Shown here in pieces: positions 1 to 14,809 of a DNA stretch of 64,000 nt (position 1 is its first letter; each line of letters starts with the position of its first letter). The translations under genes and the position numbers were made by a program. Under the pieces are notes generated by a model. The model did no database searches. It saw only the letters and a list, made by a program, of their open reading frames with translations, and had not been told where the DNA came from. Source of the stretch: Amoebidium appalachense. Lineage: Eukaryota > Protista > Ichthyosporea. The stretch covers positions 5,763,962 through 5,827,961 of the forward strand of contig CAVNZM010000007.1 of assembly GCA_963693365.1 (NCBI GenBank), given 5' to 3'.

Positions 1-142
1 TCCACATTGAGTCGTGTGTGAAAGCTTGCTGCTGTACATCACTAAAAGGGACGGCTGCGGAGCCTTTTAGTGTTAAAAGCTTTGCACGGACGGAGGAGAG
101 TTTAAAGCCCATGAGCGCTCACACCCGTTTTGGGGAAGGAGG

Positions 143-176
<34 letters not shown>

Positions 177-214
177 ACGCGCGCGCTTATGTGTGGTGAT
201 GATGGTGGTGGTGT

Positions 215-273
<59 letters not shown>

Positions 274-388
274 AGGGACAGAGGTGCAGTTCAACTACTG
301 CGAGCATAGACTTTGAGATTTTCCTCAACCGAGGCCACCAAACACTCCAAAATGACTACTGAATCGAAACCACACATTATCATCCCTT

Positions 389-427
<39 letters not shown>

Positions 428-1399
428 ACAAAAAAAAAAAAAAAAAAAGAAAGAAAAAACACCGTGGCCACCCACAAACGGCTGGTCAAGGAAAATCGAA
501 AGAATCAAACAAACGATGACATCATAACCATCCCAAAATGATCTCCATTGCAGAAGGCAAGAAAAAAAAAATGAAAAGACCTAAACGAGCCCCCCCCCTC
601 CCCCTCTTCCCTCCCCCCCCTTTGGTACATGCATGTGCATACACACACAACATATGGCAACCACCATCATCACCACGGGTACGTATTATTCATAATCATC
701 CCATGGGCAACACCCGACCCCTTCTAGATCTACCCGACACATCAAAATGTAAAACTCGCAAGCCAAGAACAGCGCAGCCCGGCACCATCAGCACAGACGC
801 CACTACTCACGTCTACAAGCTTGAACAGGGAATTTGAAATCCTTCAACTAAAAGTTGTGTATATTAAACACTTCCCCGATGATTATTGGACTAAATTCTT
901 CGAAGATGTTTTTTGAAATAACTAAAAAAGTATTTATATGCACAGAGATGATATATAGGGCGGGAAGCCTCGCAAGGAGGGTAGGAGGACATCTGAAGAC
1001 CATGACCATCCCATGGCTTCTTTCCCGACGTCGGACCAAATATTCACGCACAAACAACGTGAGAGATGATCATGATTATCATCATGACTGCGATGGAAGA
1101 TCAGCACTTTTCTCACCCCTGGCTCTGTTATAACGAGTACAATGATAACATTAAATACATAACATATACTTCGTGAATGTCCCTTCGAGTGACATGATCC
1201 CACGAAAATGGCCGGACTGGGACGTCTGGGAGTTTATTTATGTATGATATTTTCGCACTGGCCCAACAGCCTGCTGTTAAATGGTGTTAACCACGTGAGG
1301 CTTCGTGTCTGTGATGCTTTTCTTTTCTCTCTTTCTTCTTTTCCTTCTTGATGGTGATGGTGATGGGAGGGGGTGGCGTGCGGTGGTGACTGTGTGTGT

Positions 1400-1459
<60 letters not shown>

Positions 1460-1583
1460 GGTTGGTTAGTTAATTGGGTAAATTTACTCAGGGCTGGAAT
1501 TTGAATGCATGCGTGACGGTCGGGTGGGTGAGTGAGTGAGTCGCGGTGCCGGTGCACGCGCGCAACACTGTGTGTGTGTGTAG

Positions 1584-1614
<31 letters not shown>

Positions 1615-2429
1615 AGGGGGGGGAGGGGGGGAAGGGGGGGGGGGGGACTAGATACAGCCTTCATGAACAATAGCGGATGAATTTTCAGCTGATGAGTATT
1701 GATGTCGGTATCACCCACAGGCAAAAAAAAAGCACTCAGGGTGGCCGTGCATGTGTGTGTGCGTATACAAGTGTATGTACATGCACGTGTGTTTGCAATT
1801 GTTGTATAAGATGGTGGTGTGTGTGTGTGGGGGGGAGGGGGGGGGGGCGGATTATAAACGGTACTACTATGATGTGCACCTATGCTGAGCTCACGAGGAC
1901 AAATATAGTTACAGTACATCAGGGTACATACACGCACACGCAAGTCACTTTGAAAAGTTTATGTTAAGTACGTGATGCGCTCGGTTTATATATGACGTCT
2001 TCTTTGCGCCACGGTTGAACTTCGCCGGCCGTAGGTGTTCTTCTATCGCTCGACGTTTGGTTATCGATCCAGATATACAAGTAATCATATAACCCTCCTT
2101 CCATCGGCTGGTTCGATATGTATCTCGCTGGCACACAGTGCAGCATCTACCGCATAATGATTATACAGCAAGGAACTATTTCAAGAAGAAAGTACTTATT
2201 AATAAGCGTTCACGTTTGCGGCAATCCGGACCCCACGTCCTTGCCACCAAAACCTAGATCAATCTTTCACCACCAAGAGCCATGCCCGCATGCAAGTATG
2301 ATACTAAATTCGAAATTGGAAATTTAATCTATCTGGCAACAACCGGCTCATAAAACGGTCTGCCTAACCACAGGCATAAGGGGGTTATATCCAAGAGCAC
2401 ACCCGAATTATCACAGCAGCCCTAGGTAT

Positions 2430-2724
2430 TTAGGCCACCACAACCTCCACATCCCTAACCAGAGACGGCATATTAAGCGCCGAAAACGCCACGATTACGG
2501 GATAGACACCGGGGACCTCGGGCACTTCAATATCCCTCGAAAACGTCACCTCATTGCCGGGCGGGATATCTGCAAACGGGATAACTTCGTCCGAGTGGAT
2601 ATTCAAATTTTTGGCATGGATAGTCAGCCGAACCTGGGTCAGGGGCACGGGCATGGGGTTGCGGAACGACAGCTCGATACGGTGCACCCGGTTGGTGGCT
2701 TGGCTGTACGTGTGTATGTGTGAT

Positions 2725-2758
<34 letters not shown>

Positions 2759-2771
2759 TGTATTTTTGGCG

Positions 2772-2852
<81 letters not shown>

Positions 2853-3229
2853 AGGGAGAGAGATAGGGGGGGGGGAGGGGGGAGGGGAGGAAAAGAGTGT
2901 GTATGCTTCGTGAGTGTTTGTTAAGGGACAGAGGAAGGGGTTTGGATGAGAAAGGGCGAGTGTATTCAATGGCATCTGGCGCTTTAGAATCATGCTCTTG
3001 CAAGTTAAACACTAACAACGGGTTTATTGTACAACACATGCACACTTGTTCCTTTGGCTTCTGGGGGAGTGCGTGCGTAGGAATGATCAAGTCTACACAC
3101 CATGTGTACTTTGCAGCCTACCGGGCGGTGGTATGGTATGTGCATGCATGGGTGTGTGTGTGTGTGTGCGTGCGTGTGTGTGTGTGTGTGTGTGTGTGTT
3201 TGTGTGTGTATGGATATGCGTATTTTTTA

Positions 3230-3262
<33 letters not shown>

Positions 3263-4048
3263 GTGCGTGTGTGTGTGTGTTTGGGGAAGGGGGGGGGGGG
3301 GGGGGGGGGGGGAGGGGGGAGGAGGTTGGGTGCTTACTTTGCCAGATTCATGAAGGGAATGCGAGCAGGAACACGCAGGCCAAAGTCCGGGGCCTGCAGG
3401 AGCACAATGGTCTTTTCTAGAAGGGCCTGGCCTGTCTCCCGCACAATCCCGTGCATGCGCACCTCAATGTGGCGGTTCTTGAGGTTGCTGTGGATTGCAC
3501 CGTGTGTATGTGAGAAATACGAAGGTACTGTGTGCATGTGAGAAAGGTACTGTGTGCAGTAAATGAGAAGTAACGAGGCCAGTGTGTGCATGTGAGAAAT
3601 ATAAAGGTACTGTGTGCATGTGGGAAATACAAAAGGTAGCGTGCGGATCTGAGCGACACAAAAGCTTGCGTTCACCCAAGAAAGTGCTGTGTGTAGTAAA
3701 TGAGAAGTACACAAGGTTCTGTGTGCATGAGAGCAGTGCAAAGGTACTGTGTGCATGGGAAAGATGCAAGGGTAGTGTGTGCATGTGAGCGATACCGAGG
3801 TAACTTGTCCATATAATCAACACAGAAGATACCGTGTGCATGTAAGAAGTACAAAGGTGCTGTGTGCATATGAGCAACATACAGGGTACTGTGTGCACTC
3901 TGCAACAAGAGGGTACCAATGTGCATGCAAGCAGTAGAAATGTACTTTTTGAATGCGAGCATGACAGAAGTACACAGGTATCGTGTACACTAGAGCAACA
4001 CAAAGGCATTCTGCACACGCGAGCAACAAAAAAAAACAAAAAAACAAA

Positions 4049-4094
<46 letters not shown>

Positions 4095-4116
4095 CACACA
4101 CGACACACACGAAACG

Positions 4117-4147
<31 letters not shown>

Positions 4148-4159
4148 ACACACACACGG

Positions 4160-4258
<99 letters not shown>

Positions 4259-4819
4259 TTTCAGGTGTTTTCAGCAACCAAATAGAGTACAACACATCAC
4301 CTACCCTGCGCTGATGTACCGCATAGGCTCCAGCCGATAGAACACCTCCGCACGTGCGTTGTTGCCCCTCGCCAGCACCACCGTCAGGGTGTCCCTGTGC
4401 AATTCCTCAAGGAACTTGCCGTCGTACGTCACCAACTGCGACACCATGTGGATGTCGACGGTGCGTTTTCCCTCGTGAACATTGTCTGGGCTCGAGAGGG
4501 TAAGGGTTGCGTCGATGGGCGTACCAACCTGTAACGGATTGGGATATGTGAGTTTTTCCCGTTTTTCCCATTCTCCCCCCTTCCCAACACCCGCCCCCCC
4601 ACACCCACCCAAGGGTTAAAAAGTAGTAGTAAGCACACCGTACGAGGTACGATGACCAAACCGATGAGCACGTTTGTGCGCATGCATGCATGCATTTTGT
4701 GTACATTTTGTGTACATGTATGTGGCATCCACACATGCATGTATGTGTGGGTGTGTGCCCGTGTGCGTGTGCTTGTGTGCATGTGTGCACGGTTTGGCCC
4801 GAGAGGATTTGGGCGGTGG

Positions 4820-4850
<31 letters not shown>

Positions 4851-6346
4851 ATGTTACAAACCTCCACACGGTTGGCCTTTGCAGCAAAGTTCACAGCCAC
4901 AGGCTCGCCGTAGCTATTATTAGGCCAGGGGTTAAAGGGGATGTAGGCATCCACACTCTTGTTGACGTAGTTTAAAGTGATGTCCATCTTCTCCCAATCG
5001 TTGGTGGCCTTGGTCAGAATCAGAGGCACACCGTCTGACTGCTTCTTCAGCGTCTGTTCGTGTGTGTGGAGGGTGCACACGTGTGTGTGCATATGTACAT
5101 GCATGTGTACGTATGGGATGTGGTGGGCGGGCGAGTGGGAGGGGGGGAGGGGGGAGGGGGGAGGGGGGAGGGGGGAGGGGGGAGGGGAGGGGGAGAGCAG
5201 CAGACTTGTACCCATGCGCAAATGTGTGTGTATGTGTGTGTGGACGGGGAGATGCGTACATATGTGTGTGAGTGTGTGTGAGTGTGTGTGTGTGTGTTTG
5301 TGTTGTGAGTGCGTGTGTGTATGTGTGTGTGGGGGGGGTGGCGGGGAACGGTGTCAGTTAAATCTCATTAAGATACTTCCTTCTCACAGAAGATTCTTTT
5401 CCTCGACCTTGAAACCTTACACCCCGTCCACCCACACACACAGGTATGTATACACACCACACACATTTACATACACACAGACAGACACCCCACCACGTCC
5501 CCCTCTGGACTTCCTTGTGTATATATACAGGCACAAGCGACAATCACCTCCTTATTATAACCAAATCCCACACACGGACAACCAAGTCTTTACACCCACC
5601 AACCAATCACCATCAACGGGTAAAAACAAGACATTAATCAATCCAACCCCAGGTTTGAGAATGCAGAAACCAATCACACACAAGTATGCCAAGGCTTAAA
5701 GCACACAACACACGCATCCCAAGGCTTAAGGTCTATGTCGACCTCTCTTGGCAAGACGTCAATTTGACGTCAAATATGGCTTCACCGAGTGGCTCACGGC
5801 CTGTCGATGCCGATAAAATCTAGTACACTGCTTTGGTTTTACGATACATGGTATGGGCTTATTGGGGATATGCCAAACAAGGAGAATTCCATGCATGCCG
5901 CGGATAAATACCGACATAATTGCTAAAGCGCACCAACCAATCACAACACACGGATACCGATTATAAAGCGCACGAACCAATCACAATCACAATACACACA
6001 TACCAAGGTTTAAATCGCACCAACCAATCACAACACATGCATATACCTGGTTGATCTTGCAGTGGTCCTCCATCCACTTGAAGCTGGGCTTTTCCTTCAC
6101 AGACACATTACGGTCGCAGGTCACCATTACATCGAGCACCGTGGCGTGCACCTGTGTGTGTGTGAGTGTGTGTGTGTGTGTGCGTGTGTGTGTGAGTGTG
6201 TGTATATGTGAGCATGGTTGTGCAAGATGGAGGGAGACAAAGAGAATAAAAAAATGTGTTTCAGGCAGTCTGTATGTATGCTTGTATTGTCTTATCCCCT
6301 CTCTTCTTGGGAAGTTTTTTTTTATTTTTTTTTTTTTTTTTTGGGT

Positions 6347-6394
<48 letters not shown>

Positions 6395-6843
6395 GGAAGG
6401 GGGGTAGATTGTGTTACAAGTACACATTCTAGACGGGCATAACAAACCATACTTCACAAAGTAAACAGAGTAACATCATAAATAGAGTCATTCGATTCCG
6501 AAGGAGGGGGGGGAGGTGGGATGCGTAAGGTGCCTCCTGCACAAGTGCACACCATGAATATGTTTTACGTGCATACATACCCCCCCCCCCCCCCCCCCCC
6601 CCCCTCCCCCCCTACACACCCTCGCCCCCGTCCCATCCCCCCCCTCTCTTACTAGCCTTTCCAACCAAGCCCTAATCCTAATGAAATGCCAAGTTAAACA
6701 AGAACACATAGTAACCTCAGCTCATTCAGGTCCACCCACGGGCATCCACACATGCCCCACAATCAGGGGAAGAAACCCCACAAAAAGATCCCTAAGAAGC
6801 CCCTAAGGGACAATCACATATCAGCGACCACACACACACGCAC

Positions 6844-6888
<45 letters not shown>

Positions 6889-7766
6889 CCCACATCAAAA
6901 AAACCAACCTACCTCACTTATAACATACGACGAATTTGCCGGGTGATCCTCGATCAAATCATGCACAGCCTTAACCGAGGCTGGGCCCAGGCCGGGGTAC
7001 ACCCCGTCCAGGGCGTGCCAGCCGGAAAACCTATTGTCCACATCCCGCCTGTTCATATAAACGTCCACCCAGCTGTGAAAATTCCACACAAACCCCTCCG
7101 TATGTATCATCCTACCGTCGGGGGTGTAATACATATAAACCCCGTGGTGGAATTTACGCGCAGGGTCAAGACCGACCGTGCTGTCACCGCGGGAGCCAAA
7201 GCATTCCAGCTGACGCGCGGCCAATCCGAGCGTCCGCAACATCGTGGTGGTGAGGGCGGCAAAAACCCAGCACTGGCCGTAGCGAACTTTCTGGAAGTTC
7301 CCGCGCACCCACTTCTTGAGAATGGTGTCAGAGCCGACCCATTCGCCAGGGTTTGTGCCGTTGGGGAAGTCCTCAGCCCAGCGGCCCTCGAGGATACCTG
7401 CATGTGTGTGTGTACGTGTACGTATCATAGTGTGTGTTTATGTGTGCGTGTGCGCGAGTGAGTGAGTGAGTGAGTGAGTGAGTGTGAGTGTGAGTGTGTG
7501 TGTGTGTGCATGTGCGTGTGTACATGTCCGCGTGTATATTGTGTATCTGAGTGTGAGTGAGTGAGTGAGTGAGTGAGTGAGTGAGGGAGGGAGTAGGTGT
7601 GTGTGTGTGCATGTATGTATACTTTGTAGGGGGAGAAGGGGGGGGGGGGGGGGGGGGGAGGAGGGGCAAGGGGGCACGGCAGTCAGTGTCATACATTCGT
7701 ATCCCATAATTCTGGTATGTTCCTTGAACTCCAAATTCTTCACCTATGACAATACCCCGCCCCCCC

Positions 7767-7797
<31 letters not shown>

Positions 7798-8287
7798 AAC
7801 AAAAACAAAAAAAAAAAAAAACAAACACACAAACAAACAAACAAACACACACACACACCCCACTCACCCATATGCACAGAATACCATAGCACGTTGTTCC
7901 AAAAAACCAACAAACCTCCAGCACAATTCCCCACACAACCACCTCAAGAGGTAGTTTTCACTACCCTACAGCTTCTCCACTGCCGGGTACTTCACACTGT
8001 GTCATCAGCAAACATAAATATCCCCCCCCCCCAAAAAAAATGCCCACACACCTCCCTTGTTGCCCTTCTCGTCCCACATCAGGTGTGTTGCAATGTGCCT
8101 TGCCACCACGTGGGGAACACGCGTGTCCTTAGCATCTTCAAGAAGCTTGAACGCAGACTCGATGGATTCGTGCTCAAACTGCGCATAGTACCACTTGAAC
8201 GTGGCATAGTCGTCCTTGGAGCCCGTGAATAGAAGACCGTACTCGTTCTCCAACCAGTCCTGGATGTGTACGTGTACGTGTACATGT

Positions 8288-8318
<31 letters not shown>

Positions 8319-8457
8319 GAGGGGGAAGGCGCGGGGAGAGGAGGGGGGATGCAAAGGGGGCAGGTGCATCTATGAGTGTGTGAGCGTGCAAATCTCATAA
8401 TAGTATATGTGGACAATTTTTTGTGTGACTTCATCTTCGATCTTTTTTTTTTTTTTT

Positions 8458-8488
<31 letters not shown>

Positions 8489-8745
8489 GGGGAGGGGGGG
8501 GGAGGAGGGGAAGGGGTAGGATGAGTTATACAGACCACGAAGTGTTGGGGAAAGGGGGGGGGGGGGGGGGGGGGGAAGGGGAGATTATGCAGCACATGTC
8601 ACAAAGGAATAGAGCTTTACAGAAAGGGATCCGGAGAGAGAGGCGGGTTCTGAGACATATTCACACACAAACCGACTTGTGCTGTTTTACAACCCACAAG
8701 GCAGTGCGAGGAACAGGATGCGTAAATGTGGGTACAAGGAGGTGA

Positions 8746-8792
<47 letters not shown>

Positions 8793-10463
8793 CTGCGCCC
8801 GTGTGTGGGGGGGTCTCTCTAGCAAATAGACGGACATGCACAACATAGAGCGTAAACAACACATCAAGAGTATGCATAACAGGTAGTGCTCATTCTCGAA
8901 GCGCCCCCCGGGGAGGGGGGGGGGATTACCATTGAAAAACAAATGCAGGGCCAGGGGAGAAAAAGGGAAGGGGGGAAAGGAAGAAAAAAAAAAGGGGGGG
9001 GGGGGGGGGGGGGGGGGGTCAACAATAAAACAGCTTGGAATCCAACAAAATAACAAAAAAAATAAAACAGAAAGAAACCCACCGTCAGCCCATCCTGCTC
9101 AGGAACATACGCCAAGTCATCCTCATTGTAGGGGTTAAACAGCACGTAGATGGGGAAGGGGTAGTCGTATTCGTAAACCTCGGCGGGAACCCTCTCGCTC
9201 TTGCGAGAAACAAAGAAGTATGTGTCGGTGTACTTGCCTACGGGCGCGTCTGCGTCTGTTGTAACGTTGAGAAGATAGTCTGTGTCGACAATCTGTGCAG
9301 ACACAAAGAATAGCAGGCCGTTAGATACAATATATACGACATGAAGCTCAGAATTCTATAACATGGAAAATACGACATGAAACTCAGATATATATAACAT
9401 GAAAATGAAATACGACATGAAACTAAGATGGGGGGCACGACATGAAACTGAGATACAGGCATTACAGGATGGCCCACCACTGCCCCTATACAAAACACTA
9501 CTCCTCACACTTCTTCTTCCAGATTCATCTCTAAATTCATACACGATAACATAGATCCATATTCCCACCTCCTTATATGAACACCACACAACAGATAATT
9601 ACTCCTCCAAAACAACCCCCTCCATACCAACCATAAATAGCGCACACATGCTGTTTCCGTACCTTTCCCACCAGTGCGGTCTTGAAGACGATATCCTTAT
9701 CCTCGCTCACCATCAAGATCTTGGCATCCACCGGTAATTCTTTGTCAGTCGTCACCCGCAACTGAAATTGAAACCCACGACGCACAGCAAAGCCGAACGG
9801 AAGACGGAAAAGGTTCGTGTGGTGTTCTTTCAAAGAGTCCTTTTCCACTTGCACCTCAACGATGCGCTCGGTTTTCTCCTGTGCGCACGCGTAGTGCGCG
9901 GTAGAGAGAAGCGCTAGCACAGCGGTGGCTGTGTGTGTGTTTTCGTGTATGTGTTTGTGTGTGTGTGTGTGAGTGGGGGGGAAGGGGGGGGGGGCGGCGT
10001 GTATAATCGTGTGTGTGTATGCGCACGCACGCTCGTTTGTGTGTGTGCCACCAGCATGTGTGTGGATGGTGGGGATCGTGGCAGTGTTGGTAAGAACAAA
10101 TGCGAACCAATGGCAGAGAAAGGCACGCAAGGTGTATGTGTGTATATTTGGTGGGGGGGGGAGGGGATGGGGAAAGAGGGGGGGGGGGAGGAGGGGAGGG
10201 GTAAAGATAGGGGGGGAGGGGGGAGAGGGGGGGAAAGGGTAGCTAATGTAGTGCTTGGAGGTAACACCAAGCCAAGCCTCGTGCGCCCCATTGATATGGT
10301 GCAAGGTCTTGTTCATCAGTCGTGTATATGTGGGTACACGCGCAAGCGTGCCTGTTTCTGCCCATCGTGTTCACCTAAGTTACATGCACAGGCCACACTA
10401 CGCTTTCATCTTGTCATGGGTTAAAACGACACACTCACCCAGCAGCCGAAGACCGCCCACCAT
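2430..10463 (-). CDS. Animal-type transglutaminase (protein-glutamine gamma-glutamyltransferase), 10 exons, ~712 aa, with N-terminal signal peptide
   Basis: Exons 10463-10439, 9928-9663, 9292-9083, 8259-8052, 7397-6913, 6151-6047, 5053-4862, 4528-4305, 3487-3338 and 2703-2430 all have GT-AG junctions with compatible phases and sum to 2139 nt. Catalytic triad motifs are YGQCWVFA (Cys), WNFHSW (His) and GWHALD (Asp). N-domain motifs are HHT..F, VRRGFQF, APVGKY and LFNPYNEDD. The C-terminal beta-barrel-like exon contains SFRNPMPVPLT. Confidence 0.93.
3505..4020. repeat. Degenerate ~29-bp minisatellite (core AAGGTACTGTGTGCATGTGAGAA) in a transglutaminase intron
   Basis: More than ten imperfect copies of GGTACTGTGTGCATGTGA-like units are readable directly. 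Confidence 0.85.
9332..9456. repeat. Short tandem array of four (T/C)ACGACATGAA(A/G)CT-containing units in a transglutaminase intron
   Basis: Four copies of ACGACATGAARCT.AGA spaced ~27-40 bp apart. Confidence 0.8.
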
Positions 10464-12161
10464 CCTGTTAATGATGAAGCAATAGCCCGAAAAGTTCTTC
10501 GATGAATACAAAGAGATGATATTATTTTGCCGGGCATGCAAAAGCCAAAAAGACTTGCTACCTACTTGCCAACATACATCCAACTTTTCGAGAAAACGGC
10601 AAGTGGTGAACAAGTGGGTAGAGCAACAGGTGTAAAATTTGAATGATAAAAGAAAGGCCGGCGGTGTGTTTTTTGTGTTCGGAAAGCCTTCTTTGTTTGT
10701 TCAAGATAAAGCCAAAACGAGCCATAAATGGTTATATTCTTTGATTGGTTAGATGAAAAGCAAGATCCCGTAACCATGATCATTATCCAATAGGAATCGA
10801 ATCTTCTGTGCGTGCCACTGCGTGGCATACCCTGCAGATCTGCGGGCTATATTAGCGCGTCACGCATGTTGTGTGAAGCTGAAACTTGTGTGTAAATAAA
10901 TGGTACAAAAAACTGCATTTCACCATTACTTTTTTCATGCACAAAACCGACGCATGCCTTTTGAGTTGTACCTGTTTCCATTTGCTGTCAGACTCAGAGC
11001 CGGTACATACACGTCCGCTCACGCATTCCGGCTGACCTCGTATCTAATTGGCCAGATCTATTTAGCCACCGCCTCTGCTTTTGCCGGCTGGGCCTTGAGC
11101 TTTGATTGGCAAACAGCGCATCCACGCGCGGCCACCTGTTTGCCATGTGTTTTTTATGTTTCTGTGCACACTGTCGTCGCTGTGTCATTTACGTAAACTC
11201 AGTGATGCACAACTGGCATAGTATGGCGCGGTTTCAGTGAGTCATGCCGTTGCATTGCCCGACTGCGACTACACAGCCCCAGCACAGGCGTGTGCGTGCA
11301 CGCACTTACGCCTGTCGACGTCTGTGGCGCACCAACTTGCCATGACCGTGCACATGTGTACTGTTGTAGTCGTCTCGAGTCTCACTCAAACGGTAACTTG
11401 CCGGCAAAATGATCCGTACACGGCATATATACCCCAGCTGGCAGGCTAAGCTCGCAAAGTAGTTAAAATCTCGCTGTGTGCAGTGTTCACATGTACGTGT
11501 CGTATGCGAAGTACTGTGGTACTGCACCAACCTCATCGTTTTGGCTATCGTTTTCAATGTGGCTGTCTGTGTCTCTGCATTATTGTGAGGAACGGCCGCA
11601 CAGGGTCGCCGGCAACAAAAATTGCCACCACACATATGCATATGTAATGCTTCAACTCTATCACCGATACCATGGAGAGGCGAGCTAGAGGGCGTGTGTG
11701 CACTTGCTGGCTTTACGGAGGAAACACGTTTCTCCGAGATACATAGTACAGGTACTTGAACGTTTTCAACTCGCTCAATCCCCAAATATTACTTAATACA
11801 CACACTGATGCATGCAACTTGAAGCCCGTATTACATCCTTACAGCTCCCGAATTCATCGACCAAGTGCAACAATATGCACTGTTGTTTCCCCAGATCTCT
11901 ACCACAAGCATGTCGTAGTCACACACTACAACAGCCATACAATTTCAACACGCGCACTCACACGCACCATGATATGGGAAAACACACATTGTTAAGCTCT
12001 TTATTAGATTTCGAACATGAAGACTGGCAATATAGATACATCGACTCGAGATGATCTGCATATGCAGGACAAATTTCCTTTTCCATGCAAACTGCATTTG
12101 GGTGTGGGCTTCACCAAATGTAAGCAGGCCAAGGAACCTTAGCAGATTCTCGTATTCATAA

Positions 12162-12193
12162 TCAGTTGTCACCCTCTGAGGCGGCCGGACCCT

Positions 12194-12279
<86 letters not shown>

Positions 12280-12933
12280 CAACCACATACAGAAAGCCGT
12301 TAGTTTCCTCTTCAAAACCCACAAACGACGACTGATCCGTCAGCTTAAAACATGTAACACTTGCCACCAATGAACCAGACATCATACATCAATCAGAAAG
12401 TTCAACTGGGAAAGCGAGAGGAAGGGGGGGGGGGGAGGGGGGGAGGGGGGGAGAGAGAGAGTGAGTGAGAAAGAGGAGAGTTGACAGGGGGAGGGGGGGG
12501 GGGGGTGGGGGGGAGGGGGGGGGGAGCGAGGGCGAGAGAGAGAGAGGAGGGGGAGGGAGGCAGCGCCGGGGCAGAGGGGAGAGAGAGGGTGAGTAAATGT
12601 GCATGTGTGCCGTGAGGGCCCGTAAGACAAGCACTGTATCTGGGTGACATTTCCCATGCTCGTGTTTGTACGTTTACATGCATGCGCCACTTCGCCTATG
12701 TCTGCATAAAACTCAGTGTGTACATGCGCGTGGGCGTGTGTGCATGCCTGAACGGGTGGATGTGTATGTGTATGCTCAAAAAAAAAAAAAAAAGGTGAAG
12801 AAAGGGATAATAGGCCTCCCTGGGTGATTCAGATTGATATAGACTGCTAAATACACATTGAGAACGGACAACATAATGAAGTGTGTGGTGTGTGTGTGTG
12901 TGCGTGTGCGTGTGCGTGTGCGTGTGTGTGTGT

Positions 12934-12978
<45 letters not shown>

Positions 12979-13125
12979 CCATGAAGCTCTCCAGCTCCTT
13001 GTCCAGGTCTTCCTGTGTTTTTGGCACCGATCGTCCACCCTGACTGCAGACACAACCAATCAGTACACTGCACGTGCAACATGTACATACACGAGCACAC
13101 ACACACACCCACGCGCGCGCGCAGG

Positions 13126-13205
<80 letters not shown>

Positions 13206-13315
13206 CGACCTTGCAGGAATTTACTTTGGCACCCGTTGGGCGAATTGTATGTCTACATAACCTCGGAGAATATCTCCATTTTACACCACTCATTTCCCAT
13301 TTTTTCTGTCCATTT

Positions 13316-13380
<65 letters not shown>

Positions 13381-13434
13381 AACAGACACAGACAGGGACA
13401 CAAGACACACACAGACACACACGCATAAAACTCT

Positions 13435-13476
<42 letters not shown>

Positions 13477-14119
13477 ACCTAACTCGGTCTCACCTGCCAC
13501 CCCTGCCGCCCCTGCCACCCCGGCCAGCCCCACGACCGCCCCTGTCAGGCCGACCGCCGTCCCTATTGTTGTACTGCCCACCACCACGGCTGTATGCATT
13601 CAGGTGTGTGTGTACATGTGTGTGTGTGTGTGTGTGTGTGTGCGCATGTGCGTGTGTGCCACAAGTCGTGCACGCGGGCATGTGCCACAAGTTGTACGTG
13701 CTGGCGGAGGAACATGTGTGGTGTGGTGCAGGTATGTGTGTGGGCATATATAGCACAGTGCAGGCATGCATTTCAGTTAGCGTCTGACAACATGCATTAA
13801 GTATGGGGCGGAAACAGGTTCTGGCCGGAAAGAGCTGAAAGACACATGTCTGCACCACAGCAGCCATGATCCACGTATGCCTTATTCTGCTCCCCTCCCC
13901 TCCCACTCCCTTCCCCCCCACCCCACCACCACCACACACACACCCTCCCCCCCTCGTCCCCCCCCGTCGTCCCCCCCCCCCCACCCCCATCCCACCGCAC
14001 CCCAAGAACAGATGCCCCCCTTTGAAAGGCATGTAAAGCACTGTGCTGGGGGTTGGAAATGGAAAAAAGTGTTGATTTTTTTAACCTTCCCCCCCCCCCC
14101 CCCCCCCTCTCTCTCTCTC

Positions 14120-14197
<78 letters not shown>

Positions 14198-14354
14198 GGG
14201 GGGGGGAGGGGGATTGAGAATGTGTCGAACAGTGCAAAGGGCAATTCATCACGTTGAAAAGAGGTAATGCAGGAGTGCACATGTAAAACACATAAAAGAG
14301 CATGAAACATCAGCAGGGGGTACATTTTATCAGGGAGGGGGGCCCAGGGTTGTG

Positions 14355-14405
<51 letters not shown>

Positions 14406-14720
14406 AGGGGGGAAGGGAGGGAAGGCGGAGAGGGGTTGAATGCGCCACAGGGTACGAAGGACACATTTCATGAACGACAACTGGGGGGAAGAGGGGGGAG
14501 GGGGAGGGGGTACACATATACGAAGGTCAACACAAAACAGAAATTGGGGGGAGGGGTGTGTGTGTGTGTGTGGGGGGGGGGGTTGGGGTTGGGGTTGTCG
14601 AGCACACACCTGTATTGTTGTGGGGGCCTCGTGTCACGTACAGGTGCAGCCACACGGCTCATTACTGGCTGCCGGGGCATGGCACGCTCATCATCCACAA
14701 GGTTGAGCTTCATGGGCCTC

Positions 14721-14809
<89 letters not shown>

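Noticed and set aside
40-72. Hairpin CACTAAAAGG...CCTTTTAGTG
   Set aside because: An isolated 10-bp stem at the window edge with no supporting context.
280-1203. Possible small exons near the window start (GTGAGT donor on the minus strand at ~810)
   Set aside because: No recognisable protein or consistent reading frame could be assembled.
3505-4020. Array of ~29-bp units considered as CRISPR-like
   Set aside because: Degenerate tandem units without unique spacers, in a eukaryotic intron, with no cas genes.
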